This document shows, one piece after another, positions 14,699 through 27,616 of a DNA stretch of 60,875 nt. The stretch comes from Proteromonas lacertae (Eukaryota). The notes under the pieces are model-generated. The model saw only the letters and a program-made list of their open reading frames with translations, did no database searches and was not told where the DNA came from. Each line of letters begins with the position of its first letter. Positions within the stretch are counted from its first letter, which is position 1. A program made the translations under genes and the position numbers. The stretch is taken from assembly GCA_002245135.1 (NCBI GenBank), contig NGBS01000310.1, forward strand, positions 62,001 to 122,875. The letters run 5' to 3'.

Positions 14699-14881
14699 CA
14701 GCAACAAATTATCATTTTTACTATCAAATTTTTTGTTTTCACTTTTTTCTTCTTCTTTCATTCACTTTAAATTGATTGATTTTAAATTTTAAAATAAAAA
14801 TATATTCGTTTTAAGTGTGTATTTTTGTGTATTTTGTTAAAAACCTAAAATAATCCATAATAACAGTCTATTAACACTAAA

Positions 14882-15020
14882 TTACATATTAAATGGCTTT
14901 TTATTTATAGGAGGAGTATATAAAAACTTATTATGTCTATTAGACTTTTTTATATTCTCAAATGTTTTTGATATATTTGTCTTTAATGTTATTCCTTCTT
15001 TTTTATCATCCTATATCCAT

Positions 15021-15062
<42 letters not shown>

Positions 15063-18000
15063 CATACATCTGATACATTCTCATCATATATTGGTGTATT
15101 AATCACTTTATATCTCTATTAAAATATTATTCTCAATACTATATATACATCAAAAGCAACTGTTCTAGAAATACCAGGGAAAACAGGAATTGGATCACTA
15201 ATATAAGGATCATTATCAGTATCTGATGTTGCTCTGTTTGAAGAACTGTTGTTGTTTTTTATATTCTTTTTACTATTCATTGTAAAAGACTTTTTATGCG
15301 TATGAATTTTATTATTATTTATATTGTTATTATTATTATTATTATTTCCTTCTGATAATTGTGTTTTTAATTGTTCTTCTGCTTCATGCAGCTCTTTAAG
15401 TTTCTAAATGATAATCTAATAATAATAATATATACTTTTTGTTCATTAATAATTACATTTTTGTTTGAAATGATATTTGGTATTTTATTTGGTTTAGAAA
15501 TGATATTATTATTATCTTTATTCTGTGAAGAATTATTTGTTGTTGCTTTTATAATATCTTCATCATCATCTTTAATAAGATCATTATTCTATTTCAAAAA
15601 TATATATATTAATATGAAAATAACTAATACAAATGGATAAGTAATAGCTGTATTTCCTGATAACAATGCTTGCAGTTTCTATACAAATTAAAATAAAACA
15701 ATTATCAATATATACAAGATCTGCATCAAATTTCTCTTTAATAGCTCCACTTTCCCCAAAGGCAGTTAATAAAGTAGAATCAGGTATTTGTGAAAATGAG
15801 GGGAAAACTCCTTTATTATTCTCAGACATATAAACACATTTTAATATATCGTCAGGTTTAATATCAGTAAGATTTTCATTTATTACTTTTATCCTACCAA
15901 ATAGCTTATTCTTACATAATGTATCTTTAAATGTTTCCCAATCATATGATAGTTGAGATGCACTTTGTATGAGTGACTTCTGTTTAGTATATAAGATTGT
16001 ATTACTTATTTGTTTCTTAGTTAAAAGATTACTTTCAGATGATAGATTGGTTATATTCCATAATAACTTCAACTCATCTCTATCCAAGATTGGTATGAGA
16101 GGAATCCATCTATATTTTACTGGACAATTATTTGGATCTTCTTCAATATTCTCTGGAAACCATTTATCTATTTCTCCATTATGTTCTTCTAACTTCTTTT
16201 GAATTGATTCTGGTAATAAATGAAAACTATATTTTGGTATAACAGTCAATAATTGTAACAATGGAGTTAATGGTTTTCCTATTTCAAATGTACTAAACTG
16301 TTTTGAAATCTTTTTATTAGTATCTTCTCTCATTTTCCTACTTTCTGATGTAGATGGTTCATTGGTTATTTTATTCTGTAATTTATCTGTTGAGATAATA
16401 TTATGATCTATTCCATATTGTGCTATATCTGATGGACATGGAGGCATATGATATGGATAATACCAAGTCCAAGATGGACAACCACGATGATAATATAAAT
16501 TAACCCAATTCAAACCTTCTAGATATTTCTCAATTATTTCTGACTTATTAATTGATTTATTGGGGAAATATCTTTTGAATTTTTGTGAGTAATAAGATTC
16601 TTTCCAATTATCATCATAATAATCAATCTATTAATAATTATAAAGAATTTAAAATATTATATACTCCATCACTGCAATTATTGGCAATTTGTGAATCATT
16701 ATTTGCTTGTCTTAATTTCATATCAAAACTATTTACAATTAATAAAAATAAAAAAACAGAAATTTATACTATTTAATTTCATCACCTTTTGGTAGTGTTT
16801 CAACTAACTTTGTTCTTACATTATTCGAATCAAATAGAAAGTGTTCTTTATTCAAATATTCATTAGGAACTCTACCTGAGTAAAAGTTATGATATGAAGA
16901 AAATCTATATTGATATTAAATTTTTAAAGAAATATACTTGCTATAACCTCTCAAAAATGCATTTTCCATATTTCCTAATACTTGAAACAGAATCATTGCA
17001 CTTTCTAAATTGACAGTTCTATCTTCATTAATTATATAATCATTCATTTGAGGTAATGTGTGTTGATAAACTGCAAATAATTTATATACACTATCATTCA
17101 CTAATTACAAAAGGATTAAAGATATACATAAATGAGAATTAGATTATTAAAAAAAAAGATATATCAAAACCTGGAAATGCTGGTAGGAAATCATTTCCTA
17201 CTAAATAAGTCATAAATATAAAATCATTTATTAATCTATCAAATTTGAATTCAAATGACATTTTTGATTGTAATGGAGCCCATTCTTTATATAAACAAGT
17301 TCTGAATAATGCAGTATCAAATGCCTATTTAATTATTTGATTATTAATATGACAAATAATAATATATAATATACAACAAATTTAGTTTTCATAGATAATC
17401 TATCATCTAATTCAGATGGACCAGTTTTTCTCAAACTTTCAGAAACTTCTAAACAATTTTCTTTTTGATGTCCAAATGATCCACATAAATAACATCTCAT
17501 TTTCCATACATCTTCCATTAGAACAGTACATAATGGTTCATGTGTAGTTAATGATAATACTGTCAAATCAGCATCTAAACCATAAAAACAATGAGTTTTA
17601 GGATGGTTGTTTCTTACACGAGTTAATAATCCTCTTTTTTCTTGTGATATACATTGACTTCTTACAAAATTCATTATCTTGTGTTCACCTTCACCTGGAC
17701 AATTCACATCGCTATAAATGACTTTAAGATCATTCCATTTCTCATCATTTTTCAGTCGATCTATAATATAATCCTTTATTACTGGTGCTAAATCATTCAT
17801 AAACTTTGTTCCTGGTGTTACCATATTTCCATCGAATGGATGATGTAGTGGTGGATCAGGTGATATACCATAATATGTTTGAAATATTAATTTCATGTTA
17901 TCTTCTATTTGTTTTGAACTCTCTGATTCCTAGATAAATAAACATCATGTTCTATACAATTTTTACTCTAAAACGTCTTCCTCTTTGTTGTATCATTTTT

Positions 18001-18354
18001 GCCATTGGTGGAACTCCATCTACAGCAAAATACACTAAATCTTTCGGTTTTGCTATATCCATAATACTGTCAATATATCTAATAATATTATAAGTAATTG
18101 AAATACTGGTATATATTTTCAAAGACATCTTCTTGCGTCATTGGTGTTCTATTCAACAATGATCCATGAAAGCAATTGTGAATAATGCTATTCAGATCTA
18201 AATACAAATTATCAAATCTTTTTTCAGTGTCTGAATAAACTGTAGTAGAAGGTCCTTTAATTAAACCTGGAGGAGTATAATGAGACACTGATATTTCTTT
18301 AACTGATTTGGGGAATGTTCTTCTTATCCATTTAAAAAATAATGGAATACCCAT
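14882..18354 (-). CDS. 5'-3' exoribonuclease, XRN family (CCHC knuckle as in XRN2/Rat1)
   Basis: MGIPLFFKW, DNLYLDLNSIIH, AVDGVPPMAKMIQQR, VTPGTKFM, PGEGEHKIM, YGLDADL, GNDFLP, SWTWYYPYH, CYLCGSFGHQKENC. Confidence 0.92.
17105..17162 (-). other. U12-like AT-AA intron in XRN gene (58 nt, phase 0)
   Basis: GAT|ATATCTTT...TCTTTAAT-CCTTTTGTAA|TTA GTG; removal gives PGFD-LVNDSVYKLF, in register with the XRN motif. Confidence 0.7.
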
Positions 18355-18433
18355 TGATGATTTTTGATTGAGATGGAATGACTGAAATGTTCCCAAACCT
18401 ATAGGTTTGACAGATTGTTGTTTTTTGTATTTA

Positions 18434-18981
18434 ATGAATAAGGAGGTATATTGGATGAATATAAATGTGTAGGTGTCACAGCCAGTTAGAGGAACTATTG
18501 ATATATATGGTTTTGTGTTTTATATCATATCATTAGTTGTTATAAGTATATTATATAATGAATATAATTATTGTTTGATTACCATAGTTTTGTACATTGT
18601 ATTTCTGATAATGCCAGAACATATTTTGAAGAAATATAATGTGTTTGTTATTTCTCATTATTGGCTTTTAGTAATACCAGTGTTTATCATGTCATTAGCT
18701 GTATATGCATATTTTGCAAATATATCCCTTTTTTGATGTTAAGAAAACTCTTTTTCTTAATATATGAAAGCATTTTATTCAAATTCACTTACATCTTCAC
18801 CAACATCGAAATTAGCTTATTGTGATCATTATTCTAGAAACAGAGAAGAAGTTGAGAAGAATTGTAAATTTGATGTTTCTCCCCAGTATGATATAAATCC
18901 TATTGATTTATCTAAAGTATTTGTTATGCGTTTTTTATAACTATTATATTCTAGATCCTTTATTTGAAGAAAAATACATGA
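18434..18981 (+). CDS. PIGP: GPI-GlcNAc transferase subunit P (PIG-P/Gpi19)
   Basis: IYGFVFYIISL...MPEHILKKY...HYWLLVIPVF...DHYSR...YDINP pattern of PIG-P; three GT-AG introns plus one AT-AA intron. Confidence 0.75.
18722..18769 (+). other. U12-like AT-AA intron in PIG-P (48 nt, phase 0)
   Basis: AAT|ATATCCCTTT...TTTCTTAAT-ATATGAAA|GCA; contains three in-frame stops; no GT-AG pair I tested restores the frame. Confidence 0.7.
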
Positions 18982-19131
18982 ATTTGTGAAATTAATCAAT
19001 AATTTAACTATTTATGTTTTGTAAATCTTTTGTAGATTATATTTTCTTCTTAAAACAATCGTTAATTAATGTTTATATGAAGTGTAAAAATTCCATAACA
19101 TGTCAATATCTGTAATTTACAGCAGAAATTT

Positions 19132-20230
19132 ATGTTTTCTTCTTATGATGCTGTGAAGCTATCTGATGGCTTGAAAAGAGCAAGAATAAGATGTAGTCTA
19201 GTATACATTTCATTTACTAATATAATAGATTGATGGTCAGATAGGTGATAAAGTGTTGAGATTGAAAAACTCTGCGTTAGATCACGATAAACGAGGAGAA
19301 ACATCTTTAGCTAGAATGGATGTATAACTATAGTATATATTTATTTTATAGGCTAAAGGTTATATTTTGCAACAAAGACAAAAATATTTATACTATACTG
19401 CTGCAAGTATTTGTCAATCGTTGTTGACTTTAATGGTATTTAATAAAGTGTTATTACTACTGTCATTATAGAAATCCATAACTGAAGCTAAAGGAAAGAA
19501 TGTACCTCAAGATGTGTTAGAACCACTCCATACATATTTATATTTAAGAGATAGGTTACAAATTGATGAGTTTCAAATAATTGATAAACAAATTAAAGCT
19601 AAATTTGGAAATATTAAGTGTAACGAATCGTGTATAGTGCAAGAATGTCTCAATTATGCAGCTACTGCAGTAAGTGATACAGAAATAGAGATGGCACTCA
19701 ATGAAATAAAAGGAATTCAAACAACAACTCAACCAACAACAGCAGTACCAGCAGCTACAATGTCAGCACCAACTACAATGACAACACCAGTGATGACTAC
19801 ACCTATTCCACCAAGTTATCCTGCAGGACAACCTCCTAATTATATACAAATATCAAATGAACCAAATAATCAGCAATTTTTACCAGGTCAAAGTGATTTT
19901 ATTCAACCTTCTTCTGGAGTTATTCCTCCTGGTGGATTTGTACCTCCTTCTCAACCTAATCCAGTTAATCCTAATGTTGGATTTCCTAATTTTGACCCAA
20001 CTACAGGTCAACCTCCAATAATACCAACTAATAATCCATATTATCCTCCATCAGATAATAATAATAATTATCAACCACCACAACAACCAAGTTTTCCACC
20101 TCCTTCGAATTATCCACCTCCTGGTAGTTATCCACCTCCAAATAATAACTATCTACAGCCACCACCCAGTAATTATCCTCCACCTTCTAATTATCCACCA
20201 CCAAACAATAACTTTCCTCCACCATATTAA
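19132..20230 (+). CDS. IST1-like ESCRT-III-associated protein with Pro-rich tail
   Basis: MFSSYDAVKLSDGLKRARIR...EFQIIDKQIKAKFG resembles the IST1 N-domain; NYPPP repeats at the C-terminus. Confidence 0.55.
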
Positions 20231-20397
20231 TTATTTTCATTTTAGTTAAAATAATTGGTATGTAGTTATATATCATTATCTCTATTGAATGATTTGTTTG
20301 TAAAATGAAGATTTTATTAAAAACACAAATAATTGTGGTTTGCTCAGATCTTGTCTGAATCGAAAATTCATTTTTTGATTTTCTTGCATATAAAGAA

Positions 20398-21752
20398 ATG
20401 GATCCAGAAAATAAAGACGTAGTTGAACAAGTTCAAGAATCTGATCTTGAAGCTAGATTAGTTACTCCATCAGAACCTGATATCAAAACTAGAATCTTAG
20501 GTACAACACTTAGAGGAACTATATTTGTCATCATGAACTCAAGTTTAGGTGCTGGATTATTAGCATTACCATTGACTTTCTATAGAAATGGACTTGCTTT
20601 TGGAAGCTTTATGATTTTTGCAGTTGGAGTAATATCAATATTATCCTCTTATTACATTCAATCATCAGCATATGCTGCAAATGCAAGCACTCTAGGAGAT
20701 ATTGCTCAAAAATGCCAAGGTAAAACCTTTCAAATAATCGTAGATATAACTCAAATTTTATTAAATTTTGGATTCTGTATTACCTATGTAATTATCATCA
20801 ATGATCAAGTTCCTCATGTATTAGACCAATTCACAGGATGGAGACCACCTACAGCCTTAGTATCTTCTCTCTTCGGTTTATTAATATTATTCCCACTATC
20901 TAGTTTAAAAGATATTGGTAATCAAAAATATCCAAGTTTAGCTGCAATTACATTCATTTTCTTATTCATTATATTATTGATATACACAGCTTTTACATCA
21001 CCAACAACAGAAAAATTAAGAATCATACCAACTTCTTATTATGAAATATTACAAACATTCCCTGTATTATTTTTCTCATTCTGTTTTCATGTAAATATCC
21101 CCAAATTATTCTTTGAAATAAGAAGACAAAGTACTGATAAAAGACCTAGTCATTTCGCTACTAGAAGAGATAAAGTGTTATTAGGTACAATCATTGCATG
21201 TTTATCTGTTGCTATGTTATATATATTTGCTGGAGTTTGTGGATATTGGTCCTTTGGTAGTAAATTAAGAGCTGATGTTTTATTGAATTTCAATGATAGT
21301 GGAGGTGTATTGATTAGTATTATTAGATTGGCTTTCGCTTTGGTTGTTTCATTTTCATTCCCTATTTATGGGTATATTTATATATATATTTATATTTTTA
21401 TAGTGTTCCATCTATTGTTGCAATATGGCATTTTTATTCATTGGAAGAATTGCCTACTAAATATAGATTACTATTATCATTTGCATTTGTGACGGTTTCC
21501 GTGGCTATTGGAACTGGTTTCCCTGATATTTCTATTGCATTTGGATTGGTTGGTTCAACTGCATCTGTACTAGTTTTGTATATTCAATAGTTTATATGAT
21601 TTATTAGATTTATCTATCCATCAATATTTTATCTAAGAACACATCCAGATTTAAAGACATGGGAGAAAATACTTGCATGGTTTATAATGGTGTTAGCTGC
21701 AATTATTGGAATAGTTTGTACTGTAATTACTATTATTGATGCGTTCAAATAA
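20398..21752 (+). CDS. Amino acid transporter (AAAP/SLC38/AVT family)
   Basis: NSSLGAGLLALP, FFSFCFHVNIP, GYWSFG; about 11 hydrophobic segments. Confidence 0.9.
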
Positions 21753-21881
21753 ATTACCAAAATAAATATGCCTCTTAAATAATGTTTTTATGGAATATAT
21801 TTTGTAATTTTGCTATTATATAAAGAATAAAAAGAATTTTAAAATAATGAAACGATAAAATATATATAATTTGTTCCAAAA

Positions 21882-22823
21882 ATGAGCAGTGAAGAAACCA
21901 AAGAAGAAATAGAATTAAAAACAACAGTATCATCAGAAGAAACACCATTGTCAAAGAATGCAAGGAAGAAATTAATGAAAAGAAAAAGATTAGAAGAAAA
22001 ATGGGCAAAAATAAAGGAATTGAAAAAAGAAGAAAAGGAAGCGAAGAAAATAAAACTAAAAGAAACAACTGAAACAAAACCGATAGGTATATAATCAGAA
22101 TATACTCTAGATCCTCTAATTAGAGAAGAAAGGAAGAAAAAAATTATAGAACAAAAACAGCAATTCAAAGAAGCAGTTGATAAAAGCCAAAGAGTGATAG
22201 TAGACTTTGGATTTGAGAATATGATGTCAGAAACTGAAAGAAAGAGTTTAGCATGCCAAATTTTGTATTTATATGGTGATATTAAGAAGAGTAAAATACC
22301 AATAAAACTCTATTTATCTGATTTTCATGATGATATAAAAATGAAGTTAGAAAAAATGGCAGGTTTTCATGATTGGGTAGTATATCCAGATGAGCGACCA
22401 TTTCAAAACATATTCGCTAAAGATCAATTAGTATATCTCACTGCAGATTCACCATACACAATAGAATCATTAGATCCAAATAAAGTCTATATAATTGGCG
22501 GAATAGTAGATAGGAATAGATATAAAGGTTTAACATATGACAGAGCTACTAATTTAGGCATAGAAACTGGTAGATTGCCTATTGATGATGGTATTAAGCT
22601 TTTATCATCAAAAGTATTGACTGTAAATCATGGTATATTTTGAAAGTGTTATTTTGTAATAGTTGGTAATATTTTATTGAATTATCAGACTGAGAAAGAC
22701 TGGAAAGAAGCACTTTTAAAGGCTATACCTAACAGAAAACTACAAAATGAGGATCATCTCAGTAAAAGACAGAGGAGAAGGAAGAATATGAAAGAATTAA
22801 GTGACGAAAAAAAAGATGAGTAG
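21882..22823 (+). CDS. TRM10: tRNA (guanine-N1-)-methyltransferase, m1G9
   Basis: LSKNARKK, VYLTADS, VYIIGGIVDRNRYKG, RLPI, VLTVNH, AIPNRK. Confidence 0.93.
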
Positions 22824-23172
22824 TTTGTTTTGTGTTTGGGGTTGATTACACAAATATGTCTCAATTTCATAAAAGTAATGCATTTTGAATATTTCATTTA
22901 GAATAATAATTTATTTCCGCATAATAACATTTGCATGAATTATTTTTCAGATTTAAACAGAAAATTTACATACAAAGTTATGCAAGAAATGGATTTGTAA
23001 TTCTTTAACATTCATCGGCATTATTATAGAATTCATAAAATACTGCCAGACGGAATTTAGCTGAATTTACATAAAGGCGGTATTTAACAAATCTAAAGCA
23101 AGCTCGAGCTTTCTGTGTAGTAAAAATAAATTCTTTCATAATTTCATAAACACTGTGTGTTACTCTTTTTCA

Positions 23173-24555
23173 ATGGCTAGTCCTTACAATTTTCCCAATG
23201 CCAATAACTATATGATGGACAGAACCCCAAGAGAAACAAGCAATTATTATAAAAGCGATAATCAAATGAACTGGGAAGGGCTGTATGTTGAAATGATGGA
23301 CTCTTTTAATAATGTACCTTCTAGTTCAATGAAATGGGATGGAATATCGCTAAATACACACCCATTAGATAACTTGTTAGATATTGCACCTTCGACGATC
23401 AGAAACTATTATATCGATAATCCTCCACATTTAACAAATGACTGTATGCTTAATGCTCCCGCGCTACATCCAATGCCTTCATCCATTCCAGATATTGTTA
23501 CAAACTCTCCAAGAACAGTGCCATCAGTGTCAAACCCTGCTTTTGAAGATAATTCAGCCAATCATAAGCAAAATTATCCTTTAAACTCTTCCTATAGTCT
23601 TAAACAATTATCATGTCAATCAGTAAATGATGGAAATGATAATTCTGAAGATAGTAATGATGAAGATAAGCAATCTGCATCTGTACCACCACCTGCACTA
23701 GTATTTAATATCGAAAAACCAAAGAAAAAATCATCAAAACCATCAGAACCAATAAATGATGAGAATAATCTAATGATTAATTATTACAACCAAATCATGA
23801 GGAATTCCAAGAAGAAATACAGAGATATGAGTCCATTATCCAATATTGATGGTACAGAGAAGTATGTAGAAGGTATTACAGACATTCCAGATGAAATACC
23901 TGAAGATCAAATCGAAAAATTTAATGAATATAGTAAACTCAATTTTGTATGTAAAAAATGTAGTAAAACATTTCCATTGCTTAAGGCTTCTACTTATTTT
24001 AATGGTGGATTATGTTGCATACAATGTTGTAGCTGTATACATCGTGAAACCATTGGATTGTATGATTATATGAAAGATGTATATTTTGAGAATGAAAACT
24101 TGTACAAATGTGATAGGATTATCCATTATAGACCGTTATGGCAATTTTTGAAGTTTGAAAAGAAGAAGAAAACTTGGAAGATTGCTAAATTATGTATATA
24201 CTGTAGAAATTTGAAGTGTTGGGAATACTTAAATAAACCAAACAAAAGAAGAAAAACTATGCAACAACTTCAAAATGAAAAAGTAAAACAACTAAAACAA
24301 CATAATATTTCTTCAGTAATTAATCCAGATGATCATTTAGTTATTTCACAAGATGATGAAATAAATAATAGTAGCAACAGCAAAAGGAGTAGATGTAGTG
24401 ATGGTGATGATGATAATGTGAGAAAACCACCAAAAAAGAAAAGTAAGAAGAATAATAGAAAGAGAAGTAGAAAGTTTAAGTATGATGATGATGATTATAG
24501 TGATGATGATGAAGATGATAAATATGAAGATGATTCTGAAGGGTATACTTTTTAA
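23173..24555 (+). CDS. Intronless hypothetical nuclear protein with Cys-rich (putative Zn-binding) core and basic/acidic tail
   Basis: 460-codon ORF with CKKC, CCIQCCSC and CIYC; NLS-like KKKSKKNNRKRSRK. Confidence 0.7.
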   Translation: MASPYNFPNANNYMMDRTPRETSNYYKSDNQMNWEGLYVEMMDSFNNVPSSSMKWDGISLNTHPLDNLLDIAPSTIRNYYIDNPPHLTNDCMLNAPALHPMPSSIPDIVTNSPRTVPSVSNPAFEDNSANHKQNYPLNSSYSLKQLSCQSVNDGNDNSEDSNDEDKQSASVPPPALVFNIEKPKKKSSKPSEPINDENNLMINYYNQIMRNSKKKYRDMSPLSNIDGTEKYVEGITDIPDEIPEDQIEKFNEYSKLNFVCKKCSKTFPLLKASTYFNGGLCCIQCCSCIHRETIGLYDYMKDVYFENENLYKCDRIIHYRPLWQFLKFEKKKKTWKIAKLCIYCRNLKCWEYLNKPNKRRKTMQQLQNEKVKQLKQHNISSVINPDDHLVISQDDEINNSSNSKRSRCSDGDDDNVRKPPKKKSKKNNRKRSRKFKYDDDDYSDDDEDDKYEDDSEGYTF

Positions 24556-24716
24556 AAATCATCTCTACATGTATTATTTTGTATTATTTTCTATATATTA
24601 TTGATAATTATAAGTGTAATGATTCTTTTTTTTATAATGATATGATTCTTTGTTTGTGTGGTTTAAAACCAATAAAACAATGATATTTAAGTAAAAATAA
24701 ATATAAAATTGTCAAA

Positions 24717-25560
24717 TTATTCATAATAAGATATAAATTCGTTATAATCGATTATTCCTTCCTTCTTTCTATCAAAAAATTTCACTAAATTCTCATATTG
24801 AAAATCATCAATTCTTACACCACAATCTGCTAGTGATATTCTAAATGTCTTCAAGTCCATTTTACCTGATTTTGATTCATCATTCATATTAAATACTTTA
24901 TACATACTTTCTGTATTTACAGCGCCATATTTATCAATTATTATTTTTCGTATTTTATCAATAACCAATGGAGCACCTGGATTTTTACGGATTGTTGGTG
25001 GTAAATACCTTCTTGTTGTTTCACCTTCTTTTATTTGTTCTCGTATTAATTCTGTTGTATATCTTCCTCTTAAATCTGGATCGTCTTCTGTCCATCTTCT
25101 ACGGTATTCATCTAAAGCATCTCTATTCTTAGTCATTATTGTTGGTTTTAAATGAAATTCTGTTCCAAATTCTGTGCCTGTATTTACTTCAGGATCTCTG
25201 TAAGATGAGTGTGAAATACTTTCCCAATTACCACTGTTTTGCCTTTTCTGATAATGAATTACATTGTCGTAATCTATTTGATCATCATATGCTGGAATAT
25301 GGTTATAAGGTATTAGAGTTTCTATTCACAATTAAAGGAATAGTCAATACTGTGAGCATGTTCCAATTGTAATGAAGTAGTTGATTTAAAATCGACTGGA
25401 GGTTCTGCAACAGGTTTAGCAAGATATCCAGGTTCATGTCTAACAAGATAAAGCCATAAATATACCTTCCTTCAAACCAATTTCCTTCTAATACTTCGTA
25501 TCTGTATGTACGAATGCCACCACGTAATGCATTAGCTCCATGTTCCCTCTCGTATTCCAT
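24717..25560 (-). CDS. EF-hand protein with N-terminal GNWFE motif (axonemal microtubule-inner-protein-like)
   Basis: YEVLEGNWFEG; two EF-hands NDESKSGKMDLKTF and FDRKKEGIIDYNEF; two GT-AG introns. Confidence 0.7.
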
Positions 25561-25740
25561 TAATCAATAAAACAATCAAAAAACGGCAGAAAAAGCTTGT
25601 GTCACTCGAGTATTTACTAAATCAAATTTTTATTTTTTCTTTCCTTTGATTGTTCATTTTCTCTTCGATTGTATATTATTAGCATAAATATGCATTTCTT
25701 TATTGGTTTTATTATTTTATTTCTATAGAGTGTTGTTGAA

Positions 25741-27011
25741 ATGCCTTTTATCTCTACAGAAACAGAGTATGTCTATTATTTGTAATTTTTTCATTAGAAA
25801 AGAGCATTATAAATGGAAATCAAATGAGATAATTATCATAGCAGGTGAAAAATTCACTTTTCCTATTTACGTTGAAAGACCTGGCTCTGAACTAAAATAT
25901 TATTTTGAAACACGTGAAAATGATATAGATTTTCATATAGAGTTAGAATGTGATGATGGAACAAAAGAAGATATAATTCCACTTTCCAGAAAACAGAGTA
26001 ATGTCCAACCAGAAGAAGGAAGAATAAAAATAGAAAAATCTGGTAAACTCATTATTACATGGGACAATTCATTTTCATGGTTTAATGACAAAACTGTAGT
26101 TTATACATTAGAATTAGAATTGCCACTACCTACTAAGAATGATCTATCAGCCAAAACAAAGTATATTTAATTCATTTATATTACTGTAATAGAGCAATAA
26201 TAGCAAAAATAGAAGATAAAAAAGTAGAATTAGAGAAAATAAAATCAGGAATAAATGTAAATGAAAGTCAAATTAGTGTAGTGAATGAATCAATGGATAA
26301 ATTGCAGCAAACAATTGAGAAATATATGAAAGAATTAGAAGAGAAAAAAAATGAGAAGAATAAGATATTAAAAGATATAGAAGATGATAAAAACAAATAT
26401 GATTATGAATTGAATGAATTGGAAAGTATTTTTATTTTTAATTATTATTTGAATAGAAATTCGATTTATTTCATTATTTGAGATATTAGGTAATGATATA
26501 TTATCATATTTACATTCCAATGATATTCTTCGATTAGGCGTAGTTTGTCGTTCAATATTACCATATACTCGAGATTTAGAATTATGGAAATATATATTTG
26601 ACAATGAAGATCCTAATATGTTGAAAACATCATTATATTCACCATGGTTATATCAATTATACAGTCAAAGTGATCATGATCAGACTATTGTACCAAATAT
26701 ATGGAAAACTAATAATACTGAAACTCCTAACACTGAAATAAATAATAATACAAATGTTATTAAAGATATAAAACAAGAACAAGAACAAGAACTAGTACAA
26801 AATGTAGAAGAAGAAGTACCACCTGTACAATCACAACAACAACAACCGATAGAACCAGTAGAACAACAACCAGTACAACAAGTAGAAGTAATTCAACCAA
26901 TACAACAAATAGAAGTAATTCAACCAGTACAAGAAGTAATACAACCTGTTGAACAAAGTGAAGAACCATCTAATCCAATTTTAACAACAGCTGAAATAAA
27001 TGAACTAATGC

Positions 27012-27050
<39 letters not shown>

Positions 27051-27496
27051 ATTCACAGCAGTATGAACAACAATATCAACAACAACAACAAGTTGATGAA
27101 CAATATCAATACCAAGATCAACAATACCAACAACCACAAATTGAACAACAGCAATATCAAGAAGAGCAATATCAACAACCACAATATCAACAGCCACAAA
27201 CAACAGATGAAGAATATATACCAATTGCAGATGGAAGAATAGGTGAAACAGGATGGTACAAGACAAAAGCAGGATTAGTATCATATTTATACTATGGCAA
27301 CGACATTAGACAAGTATTAGTTGATAATATACTACCACAAGAGTTGAATGACTTGATTGAATTAGCTAGATCAAAAGACTATTTAATTGCATGTCCTGGA
27401 ACAGAGCAAGGAGAAAGTGGCTATTATTTAAACAGAAACGGAATTATTAGTAAGTGGGATGTAGTTGATGAAAGTTGGATGAAGGTACAAATTTAG
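25741..27496 (+). CDS. GOLD + coiled-coil + F-box + Gln-rich protein
   Basis: GOLD: YFETRENDIDF...GKLIITWDNSFSWFNDK; F-box-like NDILSYLHSNDILRLGVVCR...LWKYIF; polyQ encoded by (CAA)n. Confidence 0.7.
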
Positions 27497-27616
27497 ATGT
27501 AAATCATATATGCTATTGTCGATTTCTTTATTATTGTTTGTTTTTTGTGAGGATTTTTTAAACGTAGGCTTGATTCTCTTCTTTTCAGCTTGTGATCTAT
27601 TTTCATCCTAACAGTA

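Noticed and set aside
15026..15061. (TA)n tract, also at about 745-768
   Set aside because: Ordinary intronic microsatellites
26760..27284. Val/Leu-rich antisense ORFs (also 21775-22168, 58784-59044)
   Set aside because: Shadows of CAA- or GAA-rich sense coding sequence
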